A stretch of DNA of 64,000 bases, from assembly GCA_028707275.1 (NCBI GenBank), contig JAQTUP010000002.1, positions 59,198 to 123,197 on the forward strand. Reading direction: 5' to 3'. Each line of letters starts with the position of its first letter. Position 1 is the first letter of the stretch. Origin of the DNA: Gallionella sp. (GTDB lineage Bacteria; Pseudomonadota; Gammaproteobacteria; Burkholderiales; Gallionellaceae). The notes beneath the pieces are model-generated. The model was not told the DNA's origin. It worked only from the letters and a program-made list of their open reading frames with translations, and did no database searches. The translations under genes and the position numbers were made by a program. Of this stretch, positions 54,933 through 64,000 are shown in pieces.

Positions 54933-56387
54933 ATGAAAAAGACACCACACACAAAATCAAACGGAGTTTCAGCTAAGACAGGTGAACCCCGTCGCACTGA
55001 TACATCACCTCGCACAAGCCGTCCGGCAAAACCCGGGCTCACCGGGGCCAAACCGGCTCAACCGACAAAACCCGGGAGTGGGAGTGCAAAACACGATACG
55101 GCAAAGCCGCGTCGCGCCGAAACCAAAACAGCACCCGGCAGATCGTCGACTCAGGCCAATGCCGCGCGTCGCCCGACAAAACCGGCTCCCGCAAAACTGC
55201 CCGCTCAGGCCGAAGGCGCAAAGCCGCGTCGCGTCGGCACCAAACTCACCCGGCTACTCAGCCTGAATGTCGCCGCGCCCAAAGCTGCAACCCCGGCGGC
55301 TGCCCGGCATCAGACCGAGACAATTTCTCATGCAAACTGGCTGCTGTATTGTCGCCCAGGCTTCGAACAGGATTGCGCGCAGGAGGCGGTCGCTCAGGCA
55401 AGATCACAGCGCCCGGTGCTGGCCGAACAGCCCGAGATCACGGCTAACAGCGGCTATGCGGTGGTCACACTCAACGAGCAGGCATTAAGCTATCGCGAAC
55501 TGATTTTCGCACGCCAGTTAATCCGCCTGCATCACACCATAGATCAGCTGCCCGAACGCGACCGGCTCACCCCGATACTCGCCGCCATCCTCGCCCTGCC
55601 CGGCAACTTTAGTGCGCTGTGGCTGGAAGTGCCTGACACCAACGACGGCAAAACCCTCTCGGCCTTTATCCGGCGTTTTCAGCCGCTGCTCGAAGACGCT
55701 TTGCGCGAACGAGGACGATTGACGGCAGACGCAGGGAGCGAAAAGTTGCCCCGCTTGCATATTTTCTTCACCGACAAGTCCTCAGCGCTGATAGGCACGA
55801 GCGATCCTTACAACAGCGCCGCCGCCATCATGGGGATCGTGCGCCAGTCCATGCCGGGCGAAGCGCCCAGCCGCTCGACGCTGAAACTGGCCGAGGCGAT
55901 CGAGGTATTTCTGGACAAGAGCGAGCAGACTCGATTGCTCAGAGCCGGGATGACAGCGGTGGATCTTGGCGCAGCGCCAGGCGGCTGGACATGGCAGATG
56001 GTCAGGCGCGGTATCCGCGTGACAGCCGTGGACAATGGCGATATGAAAGGCGCGATGGCGAAAAACCCGCTGGTCGAGCATCTCAAGCAGGACGGCTTCA
56101 AGTACGCACCCCGAAAAACCGTGGACTGGCTGATCTGCGACATGGTGGAAAAACCTGCAAAAGTTGCCGAACTGATCGGCACCTGGTTCACTTCCGGGTG
56201 GTGCCGCAATGCTATTTTTAACTTGAAACTGCCGATGAAACAGCGCGTACAAGCGCTCGATGGCGCTCTGGGCGGCATCAAAAGCCGCCTCGACATGGAG
56301 GGGATCAGCTACAAGATGACCGCCAAACAGCTCTACCACGACAGGGAGGAAGTCACAGTCTTCCTCTCCAGGACCAAAAACAGGTAA
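54933..56387 (+). CDS. rlmM: 23S rRNA (cytidine2498-2'-O)-methyltransferase RlmM with a ~130-aa Lys/Pro/Ala-rich N-terminal extension
   Basis: The core is colinear with E. coli RlmM (LYCRPGFEQDCAQE, PSRSTLKLAEA, AVDLGAAPGGWT, LICDMVEKPAKVAELI, FNLKLPMKQR, QLYHDREEVTVFL). The upstream in-frame region is a basic low-complexity sequence. Confidence 0.85.
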   Translation: MKKTPHTKSNGVSAKTGEPRRTDTSPRTSRPAKPGLTGAKPAQPTKPGSGSAKHDTAKPRRAETKTAPGRSSTQANAARRPTKPAPAKLPAQAEGAKPRRVGTKLTRLLSLNVAAPKAATPAAARHQTETISHANWLLYCRPGFEQDCAQEAVAQARSQRPVLAEQPEITANSGYAVVTLNEQALSYRELIFARQLIRLHHTIDQLPERDRLTPILAAILALPGNFSALWLEVPDTNDGKTLSAFIRRFQPLLEDALRERGRLTADAGSEKLPRLHIFFTDKSSALIGTSDPYNSAAAIMGIVRQSMPGEAPSRSTLKLAEAIEVFLDKSEQTRLLRAGMTAVDLGAAPGGWTWQMVRRGIRVTAVDNGDMKGAMAKNPLVEHLKQDGFKYAPRKTVDWLICDMVEKPAKVAELIGTWFTSGWCRNAIFNLKLPMKQRVQALDGALGGIKSRLDMEGISYKMTAKQLYHDREEVTVFLSRTKNR

Positions 56388-56477
56388 TCTGCGTGGCGAT
56401 ATTTTTGAGCGTCACTGATATGTCTGGATCACATCAGTTATCATTAAACCTGTCGCCATACAATTGAGAGTCTGACC

Positions 56478-57674
56478 ATGAACGAACTGGTATACCCGCG
56501 CGAACGCACACTCGGCACCATCACCCTGGTGCTGGGTCTTCTGGCCTGGCTGGCTCTTATCCTTGGCACCTTCGGTGGTGCACTGATAGGACTCGCGCTG
56601 GGGTTCCTCTTCTACCTGTTCGCTCAATCTGCGCTGATAGCTCATCTGAAGGGAAATGGCGTCGAACTGTCCGAATCCCAGTTCCCCGACCTGTACGCGC
56701 AATTTACAGCCTGTTGCGATCAACTACAAATAAAGACTCGCCCACAGGCATACATCCTCAACGGCAACGGCGGACTCAACGCGTTCGCCACCCGGTTTCT
56801 CGGCACGCAATACGTGGTATTGATGTCGGACGTCATCGATGCGATGGATCAACATACCGATGGCGTACGCTTCTACATCGGACACGAACTGGGTCACCTG
56901 CGCATGAAACATCTGAGCGGACACCTGTTACGCTGGCCTGTGCTCTGGCTGCCCCTCCTGGGGGCGGCCTACTCCCGCGCACGCGAGAGCACCTGCGACC
57001 GCCACGGACGGGCCTGCTGCGCATCACCCGAAGGCGCGCTCAGAGCGCTCGCGGCGCTCTCAGCTGGCACTGAGCGCTGGAAACAACTCGATATCTCAGC
57101 CTATCTTGACCAGATCAGATACTCATCAGGCTTTTGGATGTCATTTCACGAACTGACCGCAGGCTACCCCTGGATCACCAAACGCGCAGCCCGAGTGATG
57201 GACACGGGCGCACCGATGCCCCGGCGGAATGTATTCGCCTGGCTGCTGGCAGCGATCACGCCCTATGCGGGACGACTGGGCGGAGGATACGGCCTGCTGA
57301 TCATGATCTATATCGCAGGCGTTCTGGCCGCCATTGCGATTCCAGCGTATCACGACTACACGACCAAGGCCAGGCTCAGCACCGCTGTCACCGCTACAGA
57401 AAACGCCCGCACAGTGCTTGCCAACTATTACCGGGCCAATCAAAAGACACCGGAATCGCTGGAAACAGCAGGTATCCGCTCGCCGATGACCGATGGCACA
57501 CGGCTTGCACTCGACGCGGAAAAAATGATACTGACCGTTGGCACCGACCGTGGAGATCTGGTCTTCACCCCGGTTGTTGACGCCGAAGGGCTAATTAGCT
57601 GGGATTGTACGAACGGCGAAGGTCTGGAGCCTGCACAGCTGCCCGCCTCATGCCGCAGCAGCCAAAATGACTAG
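56478..57674 (+). CDS. M48-family zinc metallopeptidase fused to a C-terminal type IV pilin-like domain
   Basis: N-terminal TM helices and a HEXXH motif (FYIGHELGHLRMKH) are present. The C-terminal ~140 aa have a pilin alpha1-like hydrophobic helix (LLIMIYIAGVLAAIAIPAYHDYTTKA) and a C-terminal disulfide-loop pattern (WDCTNGEGLEPAQLPASC). Confidence 0.7.
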   Translation: MNELVYPRERTLGTITLVLGLLAWLALILGTFGGALIGLALGFLFYLFAQSALIAHLKGNGVELSESQFPDLYAQFTACCDQLQIKTRPQAYILNGNGGLNAFATRFLGTQYVVLMSDVIDAMDQHTDGVRFYIGHELGHLRMKHLSGHLLRWPVLWLPLLGAAYSRARESTCDRHGRACCASPEGALRALAALSAGTERWKQLDISAYLDQIRYSSGFWMSFHELTAGYPWITKRAARVMDTGAPMPRRNVFAWLLAAITPYAGRLGGGYGLLIMIYIAGVLAAIAIPAYHDYTTKARLSTAVTATENARTVLANYYRANQKTPESLETAGIRSPMTDGTRLALDAEKMILTVGTDRGDLVFTPVVDAEGLISWDCTNGEGLEPAQLPASCRSSQND

Positions 57675-57891
57675 CGGGCTGCTGCAAAACTATTGCGCTT
57701 GTCGATACTGCGTCAAAAGTGACTCAAAATGCTCATTTACTACATGTAAACTCCGCTTTTTCGTCGCTTTTTTCCTTGCCTCGGCTTCGCTCGTAACGTT
57801 TTTCAGCAGCCTGCCAGCTGGGCCGTGGGGCTGTAAAATGCTGTTGTCCGCAGATTAACGCGCCACGTTCAACCCATAGAAACAGAAATTT

Positions 57892-58089
57892 ATGCACATA
57901 AACGAAGCGCAGGATAAAAGAAGAAGCGAAACCATAGGCGAGTTATCCGCATTGCTTTTGCTCGCACAAGAAACAGGGAGCCGTCTGGCCTGCGAAACAC
58001 ACGAAGACACCTACGATCTGGTGCAGGAACTCAACCAGCTCCTGCACCAATCCCGCGTAAAACTGGAACTGATACGAAAATTAAAATAA
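57892..58089 (+). CDS. Small hypothetical protein (65 aa)
   Basis: An isolated ORF in an AT-richer intergenic region. No family recognised. Weak support. Confidence 0.3.
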   Translation: MHINEAQDKRRSETIGELSALLLLAQETGSRLACETHEDTYDLVQELNQLLHQSRVKLELIRKLK

Positions 58090-58092
58090 CCT

Positions 58093-58500
58093 CACTGATG
58101 TTACGCACAAGCTTCAAAAATCAGAGGGGTGATAAGTTTTTTGAAAGATAACCTTGGCGCTTCACCTCAAGCCCCTGCGAGCCGCCGAGGATAGCCAGCA
58201 AACAACGGTGCTTTTGGGCGAGGACTGTTTGAGCACGTGGACGCATAGCGGATCGTGCGAGTTCCGCCGCCCCGTTGTTTGCTGACTGTCGAGGGCACCC
58301 CCGCCTGCATGCCCTGTCTGCCGACAGGCAGGCGCAGGTAGGGTCGGCGGGAGCGGCAAGCCGGGGTCGCTTTTTCTTTAGCGACTTTCTTTTGGCGACT
58401 CAAAAGAAAGTCGCCAGCAGCCGGCCTGCCTGTCGGCAGACAGGGCTGCCCCCGGCGAAGTTGATTTTGATACACGACTGATGTGACTCGGTAACATCAG
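58093..58500. repeat. Full-length copy of the MITE-like repeat family, inverted orientation
   Basis: Its reverse complement is colinear with 52846-53202 and 40900-41278. The terminal palindromes are cactgatgttacgca and gactcggtaacatcag. Confidence 0.7.
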
Positions 58501-58518
58501 TCGCCTCAATTTTGCCCC

Positions 58519-59478
58519 TTACGCAGGCGTTTCGTCCAATCTCGCAATAAAACTCGCCAGCTCCGGCGGCAGCGGGGCGCTGATATGCATCGCCTCCCCG
58601 GTTAACGGATGGGTGAACGCGATACTTTGGGCATGCAAAAACATGCGTTTTAGCCCCCGCTTCATCAGCTCACGGTTGCGTGCAAAATCGCCATACTTGT
58701 CGTCCCCGGCAATCGGGAAGCCCAGATGCGACAGATGAACCCGTATCTGATGGGTGCGACCGGTTTTTAACTGCGCCTCCAGCAGGCTGAATGCGGGCAG
58801 AGCGGTTGCGGGCCAGTTCTTTTGCAGCGTGAAAATGGTGTGCGAGGCCTGACCGCCTTCGCGGACGGTCACGCGCTTCTCGCCCTCAGGGGTATCGAAT
58901 TTATGCAGCGGCAATTTGACATGCTGCTTGACGTTCAGCCATTTTCCCAACACCAGCGCGAGATAACGCTTGTCGCTGTTGCCCTCCCTCATGATCTCGT
59001 GCATCGCCGTGAGCGCTGAACGCTTTTTCGCCAGCAGCAACACGCCTGAGGTCTCCCTATCCAGCCTGTGCACCAGTTCCAGAAATTTGGCCTGCGGTCG
59101 CGCCCGGCGCATTTGTTCGATCACGCCAAAGCTCACCCCGCTGCCGCCGTGCACGGCCAGACCAGATGGTTTGTTAATTACCAGCAGCGCGTCATCTTCA
59201 TAGATGATGGGCAATTCCAGCGCAGGAATGTAGACCTCGCTCACTTCCTGTTTTTGTGCGACGCGCACAGGCGGGATGCGCAACAAATCGCCCAGTTTGA
59301 GGCGATAGGTCTGATCGACACGTTTCTTGTTGACCCGCACTTCTCCTCGCAAAATGCGGTAAATATGGCTCTTGGGCACGCCTTTCAAGTGGCGAAACAG
59401 GAAGTTGTCGATACGCTGTTCTTCCCCACTTTCGTCGATTGTCAGGAAAGTCACAGATTCTTTGCTTAAACTATTCAT
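58519..59478 (-). CDS. rluC: 23S rRNA pseudouridine synthase RluC (RluA family, S4 domain)
   Basis: The S4 N-terminus and the catalytic HRLDRETSG motif are present. It is divergent from rne, as in E. coli. Confidence 0.9.
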   Translation of the reverse strand: MNSLSKESVTFLTIDESGEEQRIDNFLFRHLKGVPKSHIYRILRGEVRVNKKRVDQTYRLKLGDLLRIPPVRVAQKQEVSEVYIPALELPIIYEDDALLVINKPSGLAVHGGSGVSFGVIEQMRRARPQAKFLELVHRLDRETSGVLLLAKKRSALTAMHEIMREGNSDKRYLALVLGKWLNVKQHVKLPLHKFDTPEGEKRVTVREGGQASHTIFTLQKNWPATALPAFSLLEAQLKTGRTHQIRVHLSHLGFPIAGDDKYGDFARNRELMKRGLKRMFLHAQSIAFTHPLTGEAMHISAPLPPELASFIARLDETPA

Positions 59479-60065
59479 TATGCTTATACTTCGCCGTTCG
59501 CGCGTTTTGGATTGGGTAAGTTTGGGATATATTCCCGCCGAATATTATCTGAATCAGTCCTATGAATTGGTTCAGACAGCTGGCAAAGGCGCGATGCGCC
59601 GCCCCCACCAACCGCAGCCCGGTTAATATCGCTCACCGGAACCAGCAGTGATAGTAATTGATTTACGCGCTCAAAGCACCTGTGGATTTTTGTGACAGGG
59701 CAGACGAGTTGCAGCACCTTGCTGATTGAGCCAGATATATACAGGAGCCGCCTCCTGGCCGCCCTGTAAAAATCCAGGAATTCTCCTGTGTTGCAACGAA
59801 TGCCGCATCACCCGAAACATTTTTGACCAGACTACTTAAAGAGAACCGATTTGACAAACCATTAACGTAAATCTCGCGTAGCGATTCGTTTGCCTCCTCG
59901 CCCACTTGTGGGAGAGAATTGGGGCTAAGGAAACGGGTACGGCGAGCTTTATCATCAGGTATACACCATACCCGTTAGTGTGCGCTGTCAGCAGTGCCTC
60001 TCACACGCCCAACCCGCGTGTAGCTTGAGTCTTGCCCGTGTCAGAGCGCGGGAGAAAAATATAAA
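59479..60065 (+). promoter_or_regulatory. Long rne leader region (promoter and structured 5'UTR, probable autoregulatory element)
   Basis: A 587-nt non-coding gap lies upstream of rne. The family is known for long autoregulated leaders. No ORF of note. Confidence 0.45.
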
Positions 60066-62645
60066 ATGAAACGCATGCTATTCAATGCGACACAACCGGA
60101 AGAACTCCGTGTCGCCATCGTAGACGGTCAGAAACTCATTGACCTCGACATTGAAATCGCCGGTAAAGAACAACGCAAAAGCAACATCTACCAGGCCGTC
60201 ATCACCCGCATCGAGCCCAGCCTGGAAGCCTGCTTCGTCGAATACGGCGGAAACCGCCACGGCTTCTTGCCCTTCAAGGAAGTAGCCCCCCAGTTTCACC
60301 AGCCCGGCTGCGGCCCTCGCCCTTCCATCAAGGAAGCCCTGCGCGAAGGCCAGGAGTTGCTGGTCCAGATTGAAAAGGACGAGCGCGGCAACAAGGGAGC
60401 GGCCTTAACCACTTACATCAGTCTGGCAGGTCGTTACATCGTGCTCATGCCGAACAACCCGAACGGCGGAGGTGTTTCACGCCGCATCGAGGGCGATGAA
60501 CGCGCCGAATTACGAGAAGTGCTCTCCCATCTTGAAGTACCGGCAGGCATGAGCATCATCGCACGCACCGCAGGTATCGGGCGCAACGAAGAAGAACTGC
60601 AATGGGATCTTAACTACCTGAACCAGCTCTGGACGGCCATTGCCGATGCGGCAAAGACAGAGAAGGCGCCTTCCCTGATTTATCTGGAAAGTTCTCTGGT
60701 GGTGCGCGCGATCCGCGATTATTTCAACCCGGAAATCGGCGAAATCCTGATCGACACAGACGAGGTCTACCAGCAGGCGCACGCGTTCATGAGCACGGTG
60801 ATGCCGGACAATGTCAATCGCATCAAGCGCTATGTGGATGACGTGCCGCTGTTCTCCCGCTTCCAGATCGAACACCAGATCGAATCGGCTCACGCGCGCG
60901 AAGTACGCCTGCCCTCCGGCGGTGCCATCGTCATCGACCATACCGAAGCATTGACTGCGATCGACATCAACTCGGCGCGCGCCACCAAAGGCTCCGACAT
61001 CGAAGCGACCGCGTTCAACACCAACCTGGAAGCGGCAGAAGAAATTGCGCGTCAAATGCGCCTGCGCGACCTGGGCGGCCTGATCGTGATCGACTTTATC
61101 GACATGGAAAACAGCAAGAACCAGCGCGATGTGGAAAACCGTCTGCGCGACTCGCTGCGTTTTGACCGCGCCCGCGTGCAAACAGCCAAGATCTCGCGTT
61201 TCGGCCTGCTCGAATTGTCCCGCCAGCGTTTGCAGCCCTCCCTGGGCGAGAGCAACTACATCACCTGCCCGCGTTGCAGCGGAATCGGTCACATCCGTGG
61301 CACCGAATCGTCCGCCTTGCACATCCTGCGCATTATTCAGGAAGAAGCGATGAAGGACAGCAGCGCGGCGATACACGCTCAGGTACCGGTCGATGTTGCA
61401 ACCTTTTTGCTCAACGAGAAGAGAGGCGATCTGCACCGCATCGAATCGCGTCTGGGTGTGCCCATCACGCTGATCCCGAACCCGCACCTGGAAACGCCCA
61501 ACTACAGCATCAACCGCCTGCGCCAGGATGAGTTGAGCGGGGATACGCATCTGCCCAGTTACAGCATGGTAGAAAAACCTGAAGAAGGCAAGGCTGCACA
61601 GGAACCGCAAAAAGGCGTTCGCGCGCAAGCCGCCGTCAAGGGTATTACACCTGTCGCACCGGCTCCGATGAAAGTCGAACCGGTAGCCACACCTGCCGCA
61701 CCTACGATCTTCGGTCAGATTACCGGATGGTTTAAATCCCTGGTGGCAGCGGAACCTGCTCAGCCGACAGTCGCGCCCCCTCGCCCTCAGCGTGAACGCA
61801 CGACCGAACGCGGCGAACGCAGCGAAGGCGGCCAGCGCAAGCGACGCGAACGCGGCGACAAGCCGGAGCGCAGCGCTGCACAGGCGTTTGCCAAACAGGC
61901 AGAGAAAGCCATGGAGAAGCAGGCTGCGCCTGAAAAACCGGTAGAAAAAGCGATCGAGAAGTCAGCGCCGACAGAAGCCAGACAGCAAAAACCCCGTCCG
62001 CCCAGGAAGCCTGCCGAGCCTCGCATTGTGGAGGAAAAGGCCGTCATCGAAGCACCGGTTGTTGCAAGCGATGTCGAAACCGAAGCGGAAAAAATGGAGA
62101 AGAGCAGCGCTCGTCGCCGTGGTCGCCGTGGCGGTCGTCGCGAACGTGAAAAGCGCGATGTCATTCCCGGTACAGAAATGAACGCGGAAGAGACCTCTGA
62201 AAACGCGACGAATGCCAGCGTTGCCGCACCTCAGCGGGCAAAGCCGACAGAATATGTCGCGATGCCCAGGGTTAAAACTGTGGCAGCGGCACCCGTTGCG
62301 GCAGTTACACCTGTTGAAACAGCGGTAGTTGAAACGGCTGAAATGGCAGAAGCGGTTGCCGCACCTGCTGTTGAAGTTGCAGCGGCTGTCGAAGTTGCCG
62401 CAGTTGAAGCCGTTGCCGAAGCCGTTTCCGTGCCTGTTGTCGAAGTTGCAACAGTTGCCGCCGTTGCAGCAGCTCCGGCAAAAACAGAATCGCTGGTTCA
62501 GATCGAAACAGTATCTGCAAGACCTGCGGTTGATACGCCGACCAACCGCTCGCAACCTGTCAACCGTCGCCGCACACGCAAACTTGAAGTGTATGTAGAA
62601 AATGAACCGCTGGTTCAGATCGAAACACAACACCCCAAGGGTTAA
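60066..62645 (+). CDS. rne: Ribonuclease E
   Basis: The N-terminal catalytic domain is colinear with RNase E ([18 protein letters not shown]1, DNase I-like, Zn-link [12 protein letters not shown]). The C-terminal half is an Arg- and Ala-Val-Glu-rich scaffold. Confidence 0.9.
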   Translation: MKRMLFNATQPEELRVAIVDGQKLIDLDIEIAGKEQRKSNIYQAVITRIEPSLEACFVEYGGNRHGFLPFKEVAPQFHQPGCGPRPSIKEALREGQELLVQIEKDERGNKGAALTTYISLAGRYIVLMPNNPNGGGVSRRIEGDERAELREVLSHLEVPAGMSIIARTAGIGRNEEELQWDLNYLNQLWTAIADAAKTEKAPSLIYLESSLVVRAIRDYFNPEIGEILIDTDEVYQQAHAFMSTVMPDNVNRIKRYVDDVPLFSRFQIEHQIESAHAREVRLPSGGAIVIDHTEALTAIDINSARATKGSDIEATAFNTNLEAAEEIARQMRLRDLGGLIVIDFIDMENSKNQRDVENRLRDSLRFDRARVQTAKISRFGLLELSRQRLQPSLGESNYITCPRCSGIGHIRGTESSALHILRIIQEEAMKDSSAAIHAQVPVDVATFLLNEKRGDLHRIESRLGVPITLIPNPHLETPNYSINRLRQDELSGDTHLPSYSMVEKPEEGKAAQEPQKGVRAQAAVKGITPVAPAPMKVEPVATPAAPTIFGQITGWFKSLVAAEPAQPTVAPPRPQRERTTERGERSEGGQRKRRERGDKPERSAAQAFAKQAEKAMEKQAAPEKPVEKAIEKSAPTEARQQKPRPPRKPAEPRIVEEKAVIEAPVVASDVETEAEKMEKSSARRRGRRGGRREREKRDVIPGTEMNAEETSENATNASVAAPQRAKPTEYVAMPRVKTVAAAPVAAVTPVETAVVETAEMAEAVAAPAVEVAAAVEVAAVEAVAEAVSVPVVEVATVAAVAAAPAKTESLVQIETVSARPAVDTPTNRSQPVNRRRTRKLEVYVENEPLVQIETQHPKG

Positions 62646-62660
62646 GTTTCACCTGTAAAT

Positions 62661-62692
62661 AAAAAAGCCTCACAGTTGTGAGGCTTTTTTAT
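62661..62692. terminator. Bidirectional rho-independent terminator between convergent rne and the LMW-PTP gene
   Basis: An aaaaaagcctcac-agtt-gtgaggctttttt hairpin with A-run and T-run on both sides. Confidence 0.7.
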
Positions 62693-62699
62693 TGGGCGC

Positions 62700-63203
62700 T
62701 TACAAAAATCTATCCGGTTCGTGCTGCCGAATGTGTTGCAACAGGCCTTGCGCCGCATCTTCCACCATATCCAGCACTGTTTCAAAGCCTTGCGCGCCCC
62801 CGTAATACGGATCGGGCACTTCACGCTCTCGGTAGTGACGGGAAAAATCGAGAAATAAACCCGGTGTCTTCTTGCATCCGCGCGGCGCCAGGCGTTGCAA
62901 AATGGCAAGATTAGCCTGATCCATCGCCAGCACATAATCAAAACGCTCGAAATCCGAACTTTCCACCTGCCGGGCGCGCAAGCCGCTCATGTCATAACCG
63001 CGCTGCCCCGCCGCCTGCTGTGAGCGCGAATCCGGTGCATGACCGATGTGATAATCATGCGTGCCCGCCGAATCGATCAAGATTGAATCCGACAAACCGG
63101 CACGCTCCACGTAATGGCGAAACACCGCCTCCGCCGTGGGAGAGCGGCAGATGTTGCCCATACAAACCAGTAAAACGGAAATCTTGTTATTCATCTCACT
63201 CAT
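62700..63203 (-). CDS. Low-molecular-weight protein-tyrosine phosphatase
   Basis: The P-loop VCMGNICRSP and a DP motif are present. Confidence 0.85.
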   Translation of the reverse strand: MSEMNNKISVLLVCMGNICRSPTAEAVFRHYVERAGLSDSILIDSAGTHDYHIGHAPDSRSQQAAGQRGYDMSGLRARQVESSDFERFDYVLAMDQANLAILQRLAPRGCKKTPGLFLDFSRHYREREVPDPYYGGAQGFETVLDMVEDAAQGLLQHIRQHEPDRFL

Positions 63204-63223
63204 ACCAGACCCGAACTCGAAAA

Positions 63224-63250
63224 ACCGAAAAACCGGCCTGCAGCCGGTTT
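63224..63250. terminator. Putative rho-independent terminator downstream of the PFK gene
   Basis: An aaaaaccggcc-tgcag-ccggttttt hairpin. Confidence 0.45.
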
Positions 63251-63272
63251 TTCAGAGGAGGTTAGTCGTAAA

Positions 63273-64000
63273 TTACAGGCGTCCGATCACCGGCAACTCG
63301 CCGACCAGGGGCGCTGCATAATCTATCCACGCCTGTGTCACGTCGTTGCCTGCCGCGTTGATGTATTCATCCTTCATGTGAGTCGCTTCCCGGGCGACGG
63401 ACGAGAGCGGCGTGATGAAGCATTCGCTGGCATAAGGCGTGCTCGACAGGCGCCGGATAGCCACGGAACCGGGTTGGCCGGTAGTCGCGGCGTGATTCAC
63501 GGCATACTCGCCCACCTCTCGCGCCTCCCTCGCATCCACCGCAGAGATGACCGTCGGGAAAGAGCGCTGCAAATAGCCGAAGGTATCGGCGCGCACGCGC
63601 ATTTTCTGCCCCGGGAATGCAGCCTTGACCAATGCTGCCAGTGTATCGCCCAACGCGCCGCTGCCGGACAACTGGATATTGCCGTGCGAATCGCGCTCGC
63701 CGCTGGTGGAAATCGGATTGCCCTCCTTGTCGGTAATTCCTTCGGAAACGGCGATCACGCAGCGACCGTACTGAGCCATGGTGTCGCGCACATCCTGCTG
63801 GAAGGACTCGACATTGAAGACGCGCTCCGGCAGATAGATCAGATGCGGGCCGTCCCCGTCAGCCTGACGCGCAAGCGCTGAGGCTGCGGTCAAAAATCCT
63901 GCGCTGCGCCCCATCACCACGTTGACCTTGATGCCCTGCAAGGCGTTATTGTCGCGATCATCGCCCATGAATGCCAGCGCCACGAAGCGCGCAGCGGAAG
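63273..64000 (-). CDS. pfk: 6-phosphofructokinase (likely PPi-dependent), C-terminal part; the N-terminus is beyond the window end
   Basis: PFK-A family motifs are present (MGR, GGDGS-context loss, GYxxR; ...SFDTVISAVDAREA...). The ORF stays open to the window edge. Confidence 0.8.
   Translation of the reverse strand, partial: SAARFVALAFMGDDRDNNALQGIKVNVVMGRSAGFLTAASALARQADGDGPHLIYLPERVFNVESFQQDVRDTMAQYGRCVIAVSEGITDKEGNPISTSGERDSHGNIQLSGSGALGDTLAALVKAAFPGQKMRVRADTFGYLQRSFPTVISAVDAREAREVGEYAVNHAATTGQPGSVAIRRLSSTPYASECFITPLSSVAREATHMKDEYINAAGNDVTQAWIDYAAPLVGELPVIGRL

Noticed and set aside
11332-58500. Could the five-copy repeat family be a CRISPR array or its remnants?
   Set aside because: Copies are 120-400 bp long and 5-30 kb apart, in both orientations. 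There are no short regularly spaced repeats and no cas genes, so this is an interspersed repeat and not CRISPR.
60510-61628. 372-aa ORF antisense to rne, and Cys-rich ORFs antisense to the rne C-terminal repeat region (61962-62633)
   Set aside because: They are artefacts of the repetitive GC-rich rne sequence. The + strand encodes a clear RNase E.
62280-62480. Highly repetitive gttgaagttgc/gccgttgc stretch
   Set aside because: It encodes the AVEVAAAVE low-complexity scaffold region typical of RNase E C-termini and is not a separate element.

Overview
This is a 64-kb window from a betaproteobacterial chromosome with roughly 58% GC overall. It carries several housekeeping blocks, among them a mutS 3' fragment, rpsF-rpsR-rplI-dnaB, tRNA-Leu/Cys/Gly/Gly, tatD-holB-tmk-(vapBC)-mltG-pabC-fabF-acpP, ybbP/ybbA/tesA, sppA, rlmM, rluC/rne and a PFK fragment, interleaved with accessory DNA.

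The most striking content is a 15-kb, same-strand signalling supra-operon at 2158-17278. It contains a complete ACF/Wsp-like chemosensory pathway: CheW, CheR with TPR repeats, a second CheW, a receptor, a CheA-CheY hybrid and CheB. The only receptor is a soluble globin-coupled (HemAT-like) MCP. The pathway is wired directly to c-di-GMP enzymes:
- an HD-GYP response regulator;
- an Hpt-REC-REC-GGDEF protein;
- a GAF-PAS histidine kinase;
- a stand-alone REC;
- a membrane GGDEF sensor with a periplasmic CxxCH heme-c motif.
A Cys-rich 130-aa ORF is translationally coupled to cheB.

Other notable content:
1. A divergent rtcR-rtcB RNA-repair locus with a textbook sigma-54 promoter and no rtcA, but with two abutting tRNA-like elements immediately downstream of rtcB. 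One has a shortened anticodon arm and is a possible tRNA mimic.
2. A 5.2-kb low-GC island in the 3' end of tRNA-Val, with a 45-nt direct repeat. It carries a GmrSD-like type IV restriction enzyme, an IS3 element, a PIN/UPF0175 toxin-antitoxin pair and an orphan ORF, and has no integrase.
3. A low-GC stand-alone OLD-family ATPase/Toprim nuclease.
4. A roughly 380-bp MITE-like repeat family in five copies.
5. A second ~100-nt repeat in two copies.
6. GC-rich palindromic hairpin repeats that bracket a DUF559 cassette between ybbA and ybbP and also occur inside a coding sequence.
7. An M48 peptidase fused to a type IV pilin-like C-terminal domain.
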